A DNA stretch of 58,132 nt, counting the filler, from Sphacelaria rigidula (lineage: Eukaryota): assembly GCA_964200075.2 (NCBI GenBank). It is 9 parts of 9 records of this genome, joined end to end, with 100 filler letters (N's around TTAATTAATTAA, not from the genome) between each part and the next. Parts side by side here need not be neighbours in the genome. Positions count along the whole stretch, not along the records: positions 6,472 to 12,842 come from CAXNAA020020479.1; positions 12,943 to 19,312 come from CAXNAA020020480.1; positions 19,413 to 25,782 come from CAXNAA020020481.1; 6 more parts are not named here. One strand, 5' to 3'. Position numbers and translations under genes: made by a program. Shown piece after piece: positions 12,078 through 24,224 of the stretch. Position 1 is the stretch's first letter; the number at the start of each line of letters is the position of its first letter. Under the pieces are notes generated by a model. The model searched no databases. It was not told the origin of the DNA and saw nothing but the letters and a program-made list of their open reading frames with translations.

Positions 12078-12324
12078 TGTGACGAAATCACGCCGTCACG
12101 TTGAGTAGATAGTGATGATGGGATGATGACTTGGGATCTGTAGTGATGATATGGATGATGGCATGGACACAGGGGTGATACCCTGATGGGGTTTACGGAG
12201 CATGTGCACTCCAGGATAATAAAAGGTGTTGTGAAGGCCAACAACTGAAACCCAAGGCCAGTGGAACCGGGGAGTTCCTCAAGAGCATTAGACGCTGCAG
12301 TACTAGCAACCTGCTGGCGTCACA
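12078..12324 (+). repeat. 3' LTR of Gypsy element 2 (247 bp)
   Basis: Ends TGTGACG...CGTCACA (7-bp inverted termini), preceded by a G-rich PPT-like tract, contains AATAAA. Confidence 0.92.
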
Positions 12325-12430
12325 GTCCCATAAGCGAACAATCCGTGGGCCAAAAATCTGTGTGCCATAACATCCGTCCTAAAACCCCAGTTTGTTAATT
12401 ATGAGGCGAGTCCCGAAAGGAGGCTCGGCT

Positions 12431-12778
12431 TGTGGTAGTGTGTGTGTTGTGTGTTGTCGTCCCATCTATTCTGGACGCCGGTCTACACCTTTCGGTATAT
12501 GTGGGCGCACCAGCCGGGGTCACAGCAGGAAGGTCAACACAGGAGTTAATTTCTTTTTCGTTTTGTTTTCAGTATTCCACCTTCCTTCTGCGGTGCTTGC
12601 CTTGGTTTTTTATCGCGAGAGGGGTTCAGCAGCGTCCCTTTCCCTTGTCGACTGTCAAGCCGAATTTTGTGTACCCACGACATAGTCGCTCTCCACTGTT
12701 GGGCATGGCGTGAGAAAAAATCCCAGATCGCTCCGAGATTTGAACTCGCGACCCAAACGTCAGAAGGTTTCACAGGTC
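12431..12778 (-). mobile_element. tRNA-derived SINE copy (A box missing)
   Basis: Homologous to 19702-20013 and 34783-35149; ACAAC/AC-type 3' tail. Confidence 0.85.
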
Positions 12779-13286
12779 GGACGAGTCATTACTCGTTTAG
12801 ACGAGTGCACTCGTGGGTGTTTTTCCAAAACACAACGAGCATNNNNNNNNNNNNNNNNNNNNNNNNNNNNNNNNNNNNNNNNNNNNTTAATTAATTAANN
12901 NNNNNNNNNNNNNNNNNNNNNNNNNNNNNNNNNNNNNNNNNNCGGTCGCAAGTGTTTCGCGTTTTCCCTGCAAAAGAGAAATGCCACTTCAACCCCATAT
13001 TGTGTATGAACACCATTTTCTAGGATCCACTGTTATTTCTTATTTCTGCCTTCCCCCTTTCAATACATGTGTACAGTGCACGTTACCCGCCTCAAACTCG
13101 GGCTAAAACCTTTTTGTTGGAAACATCTGCATTCTTCTGTGGGTTGGGTTGGCTTCAATTGATCGTCGGTCGTGGCTGGAGACGATTACCAACCAAGACC
13201 GTCCCCTGCGGCAAGCTTGGACAGTATGAGGTACGAAAACAACCAAGGGTGTGTTGGGCAGTCGTAGGTTATTCCCTACATTTTTG

Positions 13287-13424
13287 CACATCCTAGACAA
13301 AAAAATACACGGTCAGAAAGTGCACTGCGTGCAGTATCGACTATTGCGCCTATTGCAACAGACAATAGATTCCATACTGTACGCAGTACATTTTTTGACA
13401 ACATACTCTTTTGTCCAGGGTGTA
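13287..13424. mobile_element. 138-bp palindromic MITE, CACCCTGGACAA-terminus family
   Basis: Imperfect hairpin CACATCCTAGACAA...TTGTCCAGGGTGTA; same terminus at 52317, 52987 and 54124. Confidence 0.7.
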
Positions 13425-13707
13425 AATGTTTGGGTATTCTGGAAAAGCGTCCTCGAAGCACCCAAACTTCGGGTTGGATTCCAATCCCACGAAGTGAATT
13501 TTGTTTCTGCTCGGGGTGAAAAGGCAACTAACCGTTTTTTTGGGATTCGATTTTTGCAACTTCATTTTTGCGACTTTTGTTTTGCTGGATTTTTCCACTC
13601 TAAAACCCCCCTTGATCTCGTTTTTTGGGGGAACACTTTGTCAAACAGAAACCAAACGAATCTTGCTCCAAGGGACACCTGGACACGCAGCAGTTGCTGC
13701 TGCCTAC

Positions 13708-13806
13708 CTAGTATCATCCTTCAAATCGAAGTCATGAGTGAGAACGCCCAGCGTGCAGCTGCGTGACGCGACCACTGCGTTCTGCCACGGACCCTTCCCC
13801 ACGTAC
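13708..13806 (-). CDS. Candidate internal exon of an unknown host gene (YVGKGPWQNAVVASRSCTLGVLTHDFDLKDDT)
   Basis: TTCTCAG acceptor, GTAGGC donor, 99 bp, only one frame open; no family recognised. Confidence 0.35.
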
Positions 13807-14149
13807 CTGAGAAGGGGGCAACATCCCCGTACAGACAATAGCAATGCTAGCGGATCCTACGTCCTGGCGAGTCTGGCAGCCGGTAAGGTAGTTATGGTAA
13901 TGTCCTTCTAGCGACATCAACTTACAGTGCACTGGAGCAGAGGTTGCAGGCGATTATTTCGGCTATTGCCTCACCTGCAGTTCGCCCAGATGTTGCGGAG
14001 TTTTTTACGATATCACTGAGTAACATTACGTACATTTACATGCGGAAATGTACCAGACCCTGAATTATGTGTGGAAATGTACCAGACCGTGGACAAAGAT
14101 TTATACAGCCAGTGCGAACACGATGTTAAAAGTGTACTGCAAAAAGCCA

Positions 14150-14310
14150 GTGTGTTGTGCGTGTTGTCGTTCCATCTATTCCGGACGCCGGTCTCCACGT
14201 TTCGGTATATGTCGGCGCACCAGCCGGAGTCACACAAAAGTAAGGCCAGCACAGGAGTTTTCCCCACCTTCCTGCGGTGCTTGCCTTTCTTTTTTATTGC
14301 GAGAGGGGTT
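14150..14310 (-). mobile_element. SINE 3' part, interrupted by the LTR element; resumes at 18526-18568
   Basis: SINE sequence ...GAGAGGGGTT continues as GGGTTCAGCAGTCCC after the right LTR. Confidence 0.88.
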
Positions 14311-17300
14311 TGTTCCTTGATGCGTGATCCGTAAACAGGGACAGCTAGACATGACTGATGAAGTCGATCAAAGGACACAGCTGAGCCGATCATGTTGTCG
14401 TAGAAGAGTAGTATTACATAGCTTGACTATGCAAGTCAAGGAAGGAAAAGAAGGAAGAGAACGAAGTGAACTCGTGTGGCTAACCAACACCGTGGTAAGC
14501 GGAGTTCCCAGACATTGCCTACATGAGTACAAGACATACGCCTACTATGGTATCAACCGCATGTAACTGTCACAACCCGTGAAGACGGATACCTCTGTAC
14601 CGTGGCTGATCAGCACTGTAGACTACGCTGAAAAGGCTGCTCACCTCAACACCCCCCTTGCGCAGTCGTTTCAGTAGTAGGCTCACCGGAAACCAATCTG
14701 GACAACGATTCATCCTGTGAGCGGGGAAGTCTCTTCAAACTACTCCGTCACTGAACAGGTACTTTCGGAAAAAAATCGCACCCGCCCCCATACACAATAT
14801 ATATCAGAATCATATGTGCACCCCTTACTTGGAAAGGTTACAGTACACCAAAACTCTCCGTACCTCATTCAAATTCTTGCGCTTAAAGATCCCGATCACC
14901 GTTCCAAGATCCAAAACCAAGCTCTCTCGGAACTAGAATAATAATAATATTCGTACTTGAAAATTTGCAAACAATTTCTCACGTTTCGCGCTTTCCCATG
15001 GTGCAAGCAATACAGTGCACACCGAGTATCGCTTCAGACATGTATCCAACTCTGCAGCACAGTACAAAATCAAGATCCTCACGCACATCTTGCAATACAG
15101 CGTGCGCATCACCAAGTCCTATTTTTCAAATATTCCGAAATATCAATCTTCCGAAATATCAATCTTCCAAACAGAAAAACAGAAAAATTCTACTTTAGTC
15201 AAAGACTGTGCGACTCTTACATCGCGATCCGGCGGAGCAATAATTCTCGACACATACTCTCAACCAAAATTCTACTTAACGAACAGCGAACCGGCAGAGC
15301 GAATTTTTGCCCAACTGTTTTCAACACGCGCGATCAAAAGCACAACATGACATCATATCCTGCCTCCCCCCCTCATTTTTTGCTTTCAAACAATCTGCGT
15401 CTCTCTCCTGCCCCCCTCGTTTCGGGCTACGGCAATGGGGGGCGTCTGCATCGTGAGGCGTTGTTTCCTCTCTCCACCGATGTCCACCGAGAGATCCATG
15501 CAGCGGGGGGTTGTGCTCGTTGCCGGGTCGCGCCACACCCAACTTCAGCTTGCCACCTATCTCAGAAGAATCAATTTCAAATATCGAGCCTCACCGGGAA
15601 TTGAGGCTCGACACGACAAAGTGAAAAATTGGGGAAGTATCCAAAATCGTATTAGTCACCAGATCTCATCAATACAGTGATAACTCACTCCACCGACTGT
15701 TGTAACTAAACAGAAAAAAAATCTTTCCACAAAGATTCACATCTCAACAGTCATCTGTATCTTACGCATCGTTGCTTCCAGTTACACACTTATTTATCCA
15801 TGTTGTGTGGATATGCCCGCGCACGTTTTGGTCAGTTCACCAGGTTACAACTCCGGCCAACCAAGAACAATTTGCGCTCTACACTCTTGTTTTGGCATGC
15901 CGTGCCAGCATGTCTTCCACCGCCCATGATCCCAGTGCCATCAATGTATATCTCTTGACCACCAATCACATGGGGTGAAAAATGAGCATTTCTTCTTTTT
16001 TCGTGTCATGCAATAACACCTGTTGTTCACCTCATGGTACTAGTTCTGCCAGCTCACAGCCTCAAAACTACATCCAGAACGGGTTCAGGGTAGCATTTCT
16101 TATTTTTCATGTCATGCGTGACATGTCTTTTGTTCATATCTACCACATACGGAATACGTGATGTGTACTCAGTCTGTACCCCACAGAGCACCGGTAACTA
16201 CTGTTCCTTTTCAAACACCCCCTCCCCCCAGTTAATTAACCGTCAATGCCACAAGCCGTGACCAAACGCACTCTGACACCTCTCGTGTTTCCATCTTTTG
16301 GGAATCGAGATCGAGGGGCAGTCCAGCAAGTTCACGAAGAGAAGTGCCCTTCTCTACTCTGTAAAAATGAAGGATTCTAGCAGTATCATCAAACCAAGAT
16401 TGACTCTACGGAGTATATGGCTTAGGATTCAATTAGTTGTGATAACTCACATCGGTACTTCTGCACGTCACTGAGATCACTAAATGCCGATATCGTCTGT
16501 AGAATCAAGCCAGTGGCATAGCGTCCTACCCGTACTGCACCTATCGAAACGATCTTAATAATCTGTCAACAATCATGCTGGCTGGAAACGGTGCCCCATG
16601 CCCCACACCCCACAGGTGACGAAAACAAAATGGAATACATTGGACTGGGTTGGCTATTCATGTAAAGATGACCCCAGCGCCAAAAACATTATATATATAG
16701 GTTTATCCGCACATAACCAAGTACCGAAAAGACACTTCGCCATCAATCGAATCAAGTCTGGGGCATTTACCCTACACCCCGAGGGAGGGCGGATCGTGCG
16801 ATACTTCGTATGCAATCAAGATACCTACCCGTCTACCAAGCAAGCTAGGGAACATCTACTTGAAGGGGAAAGCGTATAGTGTAACACTTGGCGTTGAGAG
16901 CGGTGCATCCCTGATAAAAAGGGCCTCAACGCCGGTCAGATATCGAGATCATCATGTAATCGAACCATCCACCCGATATGACAACAAGTACATTTCATCG
17001 TCGACCTGCAAAGTTTGGGAAATTCAACTACACTCCAAGGGAGGGTGGATCGTGTAATACTTCATGCAGTCTAGATACCTACCCATCGACCAACCAAGTT
17101 AGGGGAAATTCAACCTAGACTTTCAGGGATGATAGAACATACAACTCACTAACGTTGAGATCAGTATAGTATCCCTGTAAAAAGTTCTCAACGCCGGCCA
17201 AGGCCATCCACCTACCGTAATCAGTCTGACAGTCTTTCATGTTTCACAACACACGTGAGGTTCTTGCGCGCATTCTTTTTATTACCATCATACATCGTCG

Positions 17301-18525
17301 TACAACTCCGTCTAATTTTGCGTGTTGGCCCAGATATTTTGTCACAAACAACCGCAGAACGGAATGCACCAACTGTCCTCTCGAAGGACTTTGTCCCGCC
17401 GAGATGGGGAAAACATACCCGGCAGTTTTTCAGTCAAACAGTCGCTTCAACTCAAATCCTCTGACATCTCACCCTACTGTTGAAACATGAAAAGCATGCT
17501 ACAGCGCCACACGTCATGTCACCATATCCGTCTGGAACACACTGATCAGCAGCCACCTGCAGACACACTTACCGCCACCATCACTTTTCATCCCCATGAT
17601 TGTCATGTAACAGTCTGGCTCCACCCACAAAATCGAAATCCATAAGCGGATACTGTACTGAAGTCCCTCGAACTAAAAACACCTTGCAAATCAAGAAATT
17701 CCCGCGGTACCACCTCATTCGGTGTAGTACTCACGTTTGGGACATATGCCTCCGATGAATCTTCTTTACCCCTTCTCCGCGCACAAGGTAGACGGTGCGC
17801 ACCCCCTGCACAGTGTTGCAGCTGAGTGGCGACGTCGTTTCCGCAGAACACGTCTCCCACAGGTGCAGTGGATAGCTCAGGAACAAAGCCCACTCCCCAG
17901 AGCTAGCCTGAACTGGTCTTTCGACCGTGCTGCGCCCGGACGTCCCAAATCCCCAGTGCGTGGTGAGGTGCGTCTCACCACCTGACTTCTTTTCCCTGCC
18001 CGCGGGCAGTGCCCCGTGCACTAATCGAGACATCGCTGCCTTTGCTTCATACAAACTGCCTCTAAAGTCCGCGTCGTCCCCGGTCATTGTTCGGGGTATG
18101 ACCGCGTCCCTTGGTCTTGCCATCTTGGTCAAATGTTAGGACCACAAGCCGTTGGCAAATCAAATGGACTCCCTAGAGTGTTCCTTGATGCGTGATCCTT
18201 AAACAGGGACAGCTAGACATGACTGATGAAGTCGATCAAAGGACACAGCTGCGCCTATCATGTTGTTGTAGAAGAGTAGTATTACATAGCTTGACTATGC
18301 AAGTCAAGGAAGGAAAAGAACGAAGAGAACGAAGTGAACTCGTGTGGCTAACCAACACCGTGGTAAGCGGAGTTCCCAGACATTGCCTACATGAGTACAA
18401 GACATATGCCTACTATGGTATCAAATCCCACCGCATGTAACTGTCACAACCCGTGAAGACGGATACCTCTGTACCGTGGCTGATCAGCACTGTAGACTAC
18501 GCTGAAAAGGCTGCTCACCTCAACA
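14311..18525 (-). mobile_element. Non-autonomous LTR retroelement (LARD-like), 4215 bp
   Basis: LTRs 14311-14651 and 18179-18525 (TGTT...AACA; about 6 substitutions plus one 6-bp indel); TSD GGGTT at 14306-14310 and 18526-18530; PPT GCAAGGGGGG on minus beside the left LTR; no gag/pol motif seen inside. Confidence 0.92.
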
Positions 18526-19412
18526 GGGTTCAGCAGTCCCTTTCCCTCGTCGACCGTTAGGTCGAATTGCACGGTATAGAATGTATTGCCGACTGTAATT
18601 TGTGCGATACAGTACGAGTGGTACTCGTGCTTCAACTCGGTAACTGCAACGCAACACTTGGAGACAACAGTGTGTAAAAATCTCCCCCGATGCGGAGTGC
18701 TACAGGTGGTTTTCGCGCCATAGCGGCTGTGTTACCATGCAGCTTCGCCCAAGATACAGGCAGCTATTACAGCGGCGGAGGCGGCCTTTCCTACGTGCGC
18801 CACCTGGGGCAAACGCACGCTGTAGCTGCAACACGGACAGCTTTCACAAAATGTGGCGTAGCGATATAGCGCGCAGCGAGGGGTGATATCCCGCGTACAC
18901 GTTGGCCGCGATACAAGCGGCTGTGTTCATGATGTGGCAAACTGCATAGGCCAGCGTGAAATCAATGCAGGACAGATGTAGGCTAAGGATGTGACGTCCT
19001 GCGGTGTGCTTTGTCACCCTGCACCCTGCCGCTGTGCAGCGACCAGGTAGTACCGCCGAAGGCATCACGCTGTGGTTGGTACGCAGTGTCGAACACAGCA
19101 GCAAGCAGCATAGTTCATGTACGTGGTGTGTGTTCTAAAACCGTTGAACGCGCACACAGCAACTACTATCGCCATCATCCATCGATCAGGAGGGTACCCC
19201 CCCCCTCTCGAATAGGGTACCCGTGGTCCCCCCCCCCCCCCCCTTACTTCTACGGCCCCAGAATGAGGTTTGGGCATTCTGGGGGGGGGGGGGGGGGGGT
19301 GCCATTTTGTTGNNNNNNNNNNNNNNNNNNNNNNNNNNNNNNNNNNNNNNNNNNNNTTAATTAATTAANNNNNNNNNNNNNNNNNNNNNNNNNNNNNNNN
19401 NNNNNNNNNNNN

Positions 19413-19463
<51 letters not shown>

Positions 19464-19701
19464 AGATACATAGATATCCAGGCAACGGGTGCGTCACTTT
19501 AATTCAAATCGACACCCAGGCGCAGATTTGAGCAAAATAGCGTTGCGGTACGACGCCTGACACGTCGAGTCGCAAAAGTGCTCCCTGCATACCACGGAAC
19601 CGATTGTACTCAAAATCAACTAAAAGCGTTGCGAGGATCGAAAAGAAGCCAGAACTGCAAACTCCACCGAACAAAAAATGGAGCACAGTAGTAGATCAGC
19701 C

Positions 19702-20013
19702 GGTTGCCCCGGTAGCTCAGTTGGTGACCTCGAAACCTTCTGACGGTTGGGCCGTGGGTTCGAATCTTGGAGCGATCTGGGATTTTTCTTACACAGTGCC
19801 CAACGGTGGAGAGCGACTATGTCGCGGGTACACAAAATTCGACATCATGATCGACGAAGGAAAGGGGCTGCTGAACCCCTCTCGCGATGAAAAGTAAAGG
19901 CAAGCGCCGCAGAAAGACGGAGGAGAATTAAAACAAGCCAAAAAAAAGACTCCTGTGTTGGCCTTCCTACTGTATGACTCCGGCTGATGCGCCGACATAC
20001 ACCGAAAGGTGTA
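19702..20013 (+). mobile_element. tRNA-derived SINE, 5' intact and 3' truncated
   Basis: A box TAGCTCAGTTGG 19713-19724, B box GGTTCGAATC 19757-19766, then ~250 bp shared with other copies. Confidence 0.88.
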
Positions 20014-20073
20014 TAATGACTTCCTGTTTTGGGGGCTTTTTTCTTGGCATCTCCAGACATGTTGCGCGTGTTA

Positions 20074-21584
20074 GACCAACTCTAATGAGAGCCGTTCACA
20101 ATTTTATTTCGTTAAAATCTCACGTTTTTCGCCTGCCGCGATTCTGAACGGGGACCGAAAAACACACTTTTTATGGCATAAAGTCTGAGTTGCACATATA
20201 TACATGTATATATATATATTTAAATTGGCGTGACCTAGGAGTTGTGCACCTGTACAACGGCACCCAACGAAGACACAGCGGCTGCACAGTCATCACGTGA
20301 CTTTTCTAACTTTGTGTCAACAGCATCATGTCCCCACCCATCTACCTGTACAGACCGGATCAGCGGCAGTTCAGCATCTCAGGCAATCTCTAGCTTACAG
20401 CAAACAATTTTCGTAGGATTCAGAGGTACTATAGTCAGTACAACGAAAACTACAGCATGGATATGATGGACGCGGGCACAAATTGCATTGTTGGTTTTAC
20501 AAACGGCACAGCGCATCCAACATACCATAATGATGGCACTTTCGGCAGTGTCTAGACTTGTGCACTGATCGGGACACAATAACAGTACAGCAGTTCAGGC
20601 AGTCCTCAGCGCAGATCAAACCGTCTTTGCAGGGCACCACACTATCTGTCAGCTACAGGACACGAATGCTGGGTCTGCGCACCAAAACCTTGTTCGTTGC
20701 GGAAGACACGACATCCAACAAACACATCTTGTAGAGCATTTCAACAAGACAGCACTGCCCGCCGACTGCAGTTATTCGTAACACAATGGCAGTACAGCAG
20801 CTGCGGTGATTCCAGCAGAGACCAGACAGTGTCGGCAAGGTCTAAAACACACGACTGTGCAGTGACAGGTGCAGCACATGAGAGAGCCGTCTGTGTGTGC
20901 TGTAGTACAGTGAAACATGACATGCCCCATTCTACTTCTTGTCCCAAATTTTCAACAGGTCCTCAAGCGTTTAGAATCGTATCTCGATTCTGAGCGCTTG
21001 GCCGAAATTTAGGGTCTGTTCAGGATTTGGGGGGTCATTTTTTTTCCAAAACCATCACGATTCTGTTCGATAAGAGTGGTTCTTGTCACCACCCGTCGAA
21101 AAATTTCAGGGAGGGATACGTGACACGTGACGTTTTAATCTGACACATTCGAAAACACGTAACTTTGGGTCATTAAACGCTACGTAAGATTTGATTTTTT
21201 AGATGGGACATATGTAACGTAACGTGATGTAACGTGTGGTCCTTCGAATGAACCCTAACATTGCGTTTTACTGTCCAAATGTGACGAAAACTCTGCTTGT
21301 TTTCGTGAGTATGTCACGTGTTACGTCTCACGTCTCACGTTAAAATTTCACAAAAACAACATTTTTTTACATCTGGAAAACACCAAGAGACACTGCTTCA
21401 AGGTCCATATGTTACATCACGTTACGTTGCATTTGTCCCGTCCAAAAATTCAAACCTCGCGTAGCGTTAAACGGCCCAGAGTTACGTTTTTTTCGGTTTC
21501 TTCAAATGTGTCACGTGTGTCACGTATCCCTCCCTGAAAAATTTCGAAAAATAAAAATCTGAACGGCTCCCGTTAGAGTCAATC
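20074..21584. mobile_element. Non-autonomous PIF/Harbinger-like TIR element
   Basis: GACCAACTCTAATGAGAGCCGTTCA...TGAACGGCTCCCGTTAGAGTCAATC; flanks TTA/TCA; same TIR as 56312-56787. Confidence 0.65.
21107..21536. mobile_element. hAT-type MITE (430 bp)
   Basis: Perfect 20-bp TIR CAGGGAGGGATACGTGACAC, long imperfect arms, perfect 8-bp TSD AAAAATTT. Confidence 0.9.
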
Positions 21585-23037
21585 TCAATGACTAAAATGT
21601 CGCGTCAAAGTGTCAGATCCTAACTCCTCAAATTGAGCACCGCCTCACCCGATTACCGACAAGAAACACTACCAGCTGGCCCAGCTCGTAGTCACACCGA
21701 CCACCGGTCTGGTACTCGCTTCGCGTTTTTGTCTCACGGGGGAGGGTGCGGCTGTCCCAGCCCGCGTCAAAAAAACGCCGAATTTACGCGTTTACACGTG
21801 TCTCGCCTCCACCCACGTGTTTTCCGTGGCAGTTCCCTCCACTCGGGTGAAACTCTGCAGCTGCGGAGTTGAGTTCGGTTTCCAGTACAAGATAAAACTC
21901 AGCAGCTGCAGGGTTGAGCCTGGAATTCAACGCTGTCGGCATGGCTCATTGGCTAGTTTGTGCTCTATCGCCGCTGAAACAATGCACATGCTAGTCCGTA
22001 GGGTCATACCACTCTCTCCTACGCGTGGCTGTGTCGTTGGGTTGTTGCTTGGGGTTAACTTACGCCGTCACAACCATCCACACGTCGAACAGATCAGGTC
22101 GTGACAGATCCGGGTCGGCTCATTTGAGGCATAGGTCGTGACCTGTCCGAGGTGTGCTGTCAACTGTTGTGCACGTTTGTTTGATGTTGATCTGTAGGAC
22201 CCGCTTGACCCGTACATGATTGCCCAGTGATGAGCTATACGACCTGTGTCATACACACACGTTCATGTACAACTGATCTGCAGAACTGTGTCATCCGCAC
22301 AACGTCACATAATTGTCACCTATGTACTGTCACTCGGCTCATTCAATGCAGCAGCTTCTCATACACTCGTGCGACTCGAATCTCATGCATACGAGAAGCT
22401 ACCCCTCAGCTGTGGATCCTGAATCCAGTATACAAGAAACAGTTTCCTGCACCGGTAAGATCCAAATCCAGTATATACAATAAACAACTTTGCAGTATAT
22501 CTCACCTGCTAACCTGTATGACCCGGGTACATCGTGCACGTTCACAAGTCCGTAGGTTGACAGTGACAGCCTTGGCACGTCGAACATGAAGCTCGTAAAT
22601 TTCTTCCATGTCGTTATACGGCAGATGTACACATGTTTTTTCCAGGGCACTTATCTCTCCACGTCAAGAGTTGAGCCAGGCTACTACGACGGTTGGGGAC
22701 GACGTGGGCAGCCTTGATTCGACTCGACTTCGAACCGGGCTCCCCACGTGGGCCCCCACCGTAGTACTAGCTGACCCGACGCTTGATTTTTGACGTGTGA
22801 CGATCTTTGAACTTTGCGACGTGTCACGGTAAGTGCCCTATTTTTTCCCTTGAGGATCTGCACTGTCGGGGTTTGTCCATGACAAAAACCTGGAACCTGA
22901 AATCTAGTGTGCAGTCTTAGAAAAAAATGGATTGAATCGCTAGGCTTTTCACTTATTACGCTAGCACGGGTTCTGTGTGCATGTGACCCATCATTATTTT
23001 CAAGATGAACGAACTTTTCAAAAACCGTCCTAGCATA

Positions 23038-24224
23038 CGAGCTGGGCCAGCCGAGAAGCAAATTCGCAGTTTGCAGGCCCATTCACCGGCCAATATTTGG
23101 AGTTGGACCCTGAAATTTGGACAATGAATAGGGCATAATAAAAACAAATACCAGCGCACAGAAGTTTTTTTTTCTTTCATGAGTTAACGGCATTTTACTG
23201 ATACCTGGAAACTGATTACTGGCCTCGACTCTTGAAAAAAAAAAAAGTTGTGTGCACTGGTATTTGTTTTTATTATGCCCTATTCATTGTCCTTGACAAA
23301 TTTCAGGGTCCAACTCTGAATATTGGCCGGTGAATGGGACGTTCAGTGACGGGGTCAGAATGAATTCGGAATAATATTTTGAAGGCCACTTACCGACCCA
23401 CGTTTGGTGTTTGTGTATTAAAACTTTGCGTGGGCCGTGGCTAGGGCATAATTGACGAAACAAAATGGGTCAGGTTTATTTTTTATTCTTCACTGGTTCA
23501 GGGCGTTCTAGTATGGAAATGACCATTTTTTTGACGAGAACGTCCGAACCTCTTTCAAAGGAAAAAGTACGTGACGGCCCATTTTTTTTCAGAATACGTC
23601 TGTGGTTCTTTGTCCTGAGTTTCGAATCACAATCCTAAAAGTTGAGCTAAATACTTGAGATGAGGCCCAAAACAGTGTTCATCTCTCCTAAAAACTGCCC
23701 CAAAAAAAACCCAAAAAAATAAAAAAGCTGTTATTTTAAGCTTTATTATGCACTACGAGGTAGCGGTTCTCCATACGAAATTTCACAGAATAACTCTCAA
23801 AAACTGAGGCGTGATATCTAGATTTAGTTCATCTAGTGCCTCTGCTCGTAATATACTGATTTTAGTATGTAAACTTATGTGCGCCATATCTCGAGATAGG
23901 TTACGAATTAGGTGAAGGTGAGGGTATCTTTCGTCTCCCCGTACTCCAGGGAATGTCCACACCAAAACTCGTCGTCATTCGCTGAATGCATCGATCGGGG
24001 GTTTCATAGAGATTTTAGTATGGACGCTATTTCCATTAGGTGTAGGAATTACTAGACATGGGGTTTAGTCAACGAGAAAATATGAGCCCAAACTTTTGAG
24101 CAGATGGGCACCTTCCCTTGGTTAGACGATGAATAAAATATGCGGATTATGGTCCAACTTGTCCGTGTCGACGAGATATTGCTTTGAGAGCATAAATCAT
24201 CCGTGTCTAGGCTGGTCCAGCTCG
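23038..24224. mobile_element. Non-autonomous Tc1/mariner-type element
   Basis: TIR CGAGCTGGGCCAGCC / GGCTGGTCCAGCTCG, TA on both sides, splits the host MITE exactly at a TA. Confidence 0.8.
23078..23338. repeat. Foldback inverted repeat, arms ~105 bp
   Basis: CCCATTCACCGGCCAATATT...AATATTGGCCGGTGAATGGG. Confidence 0.88.

Larger units (their letters stand above)
6624..12324 (+). mobile_element. Near full-length decayed Ty3/Gypsy retrotransposon (element 2): truncated 5' LTR, gag, PR, RT, RH, INT, chromo-like domain, 3' LTR
   Basis: 5' LTR remnant 6624-6685 matches the end of the 3' LTR (about 7 differences in 62 bp); all domains in Gypsy order; stops and frameshifts. Confidence 0.95.

Noticed and set aside
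11411..12244. 277-aa minus-strand ORF as an env or antisense gene
   Set aside because: Antisense shadow of the integrase tail and LTR; no ATG start, TM segment or motif
14957..15604. 215-aa ORF inside the LARD
   Set aside because: Non-ATG start, antisense to the element, no recognisable domain
19702..19780. tRNA gene
   Set aside because: A/B boxes are present but the acceptor and anticodon arms do not fold, and the sequence runs on into a dispersed repeat body; it is a SINE head
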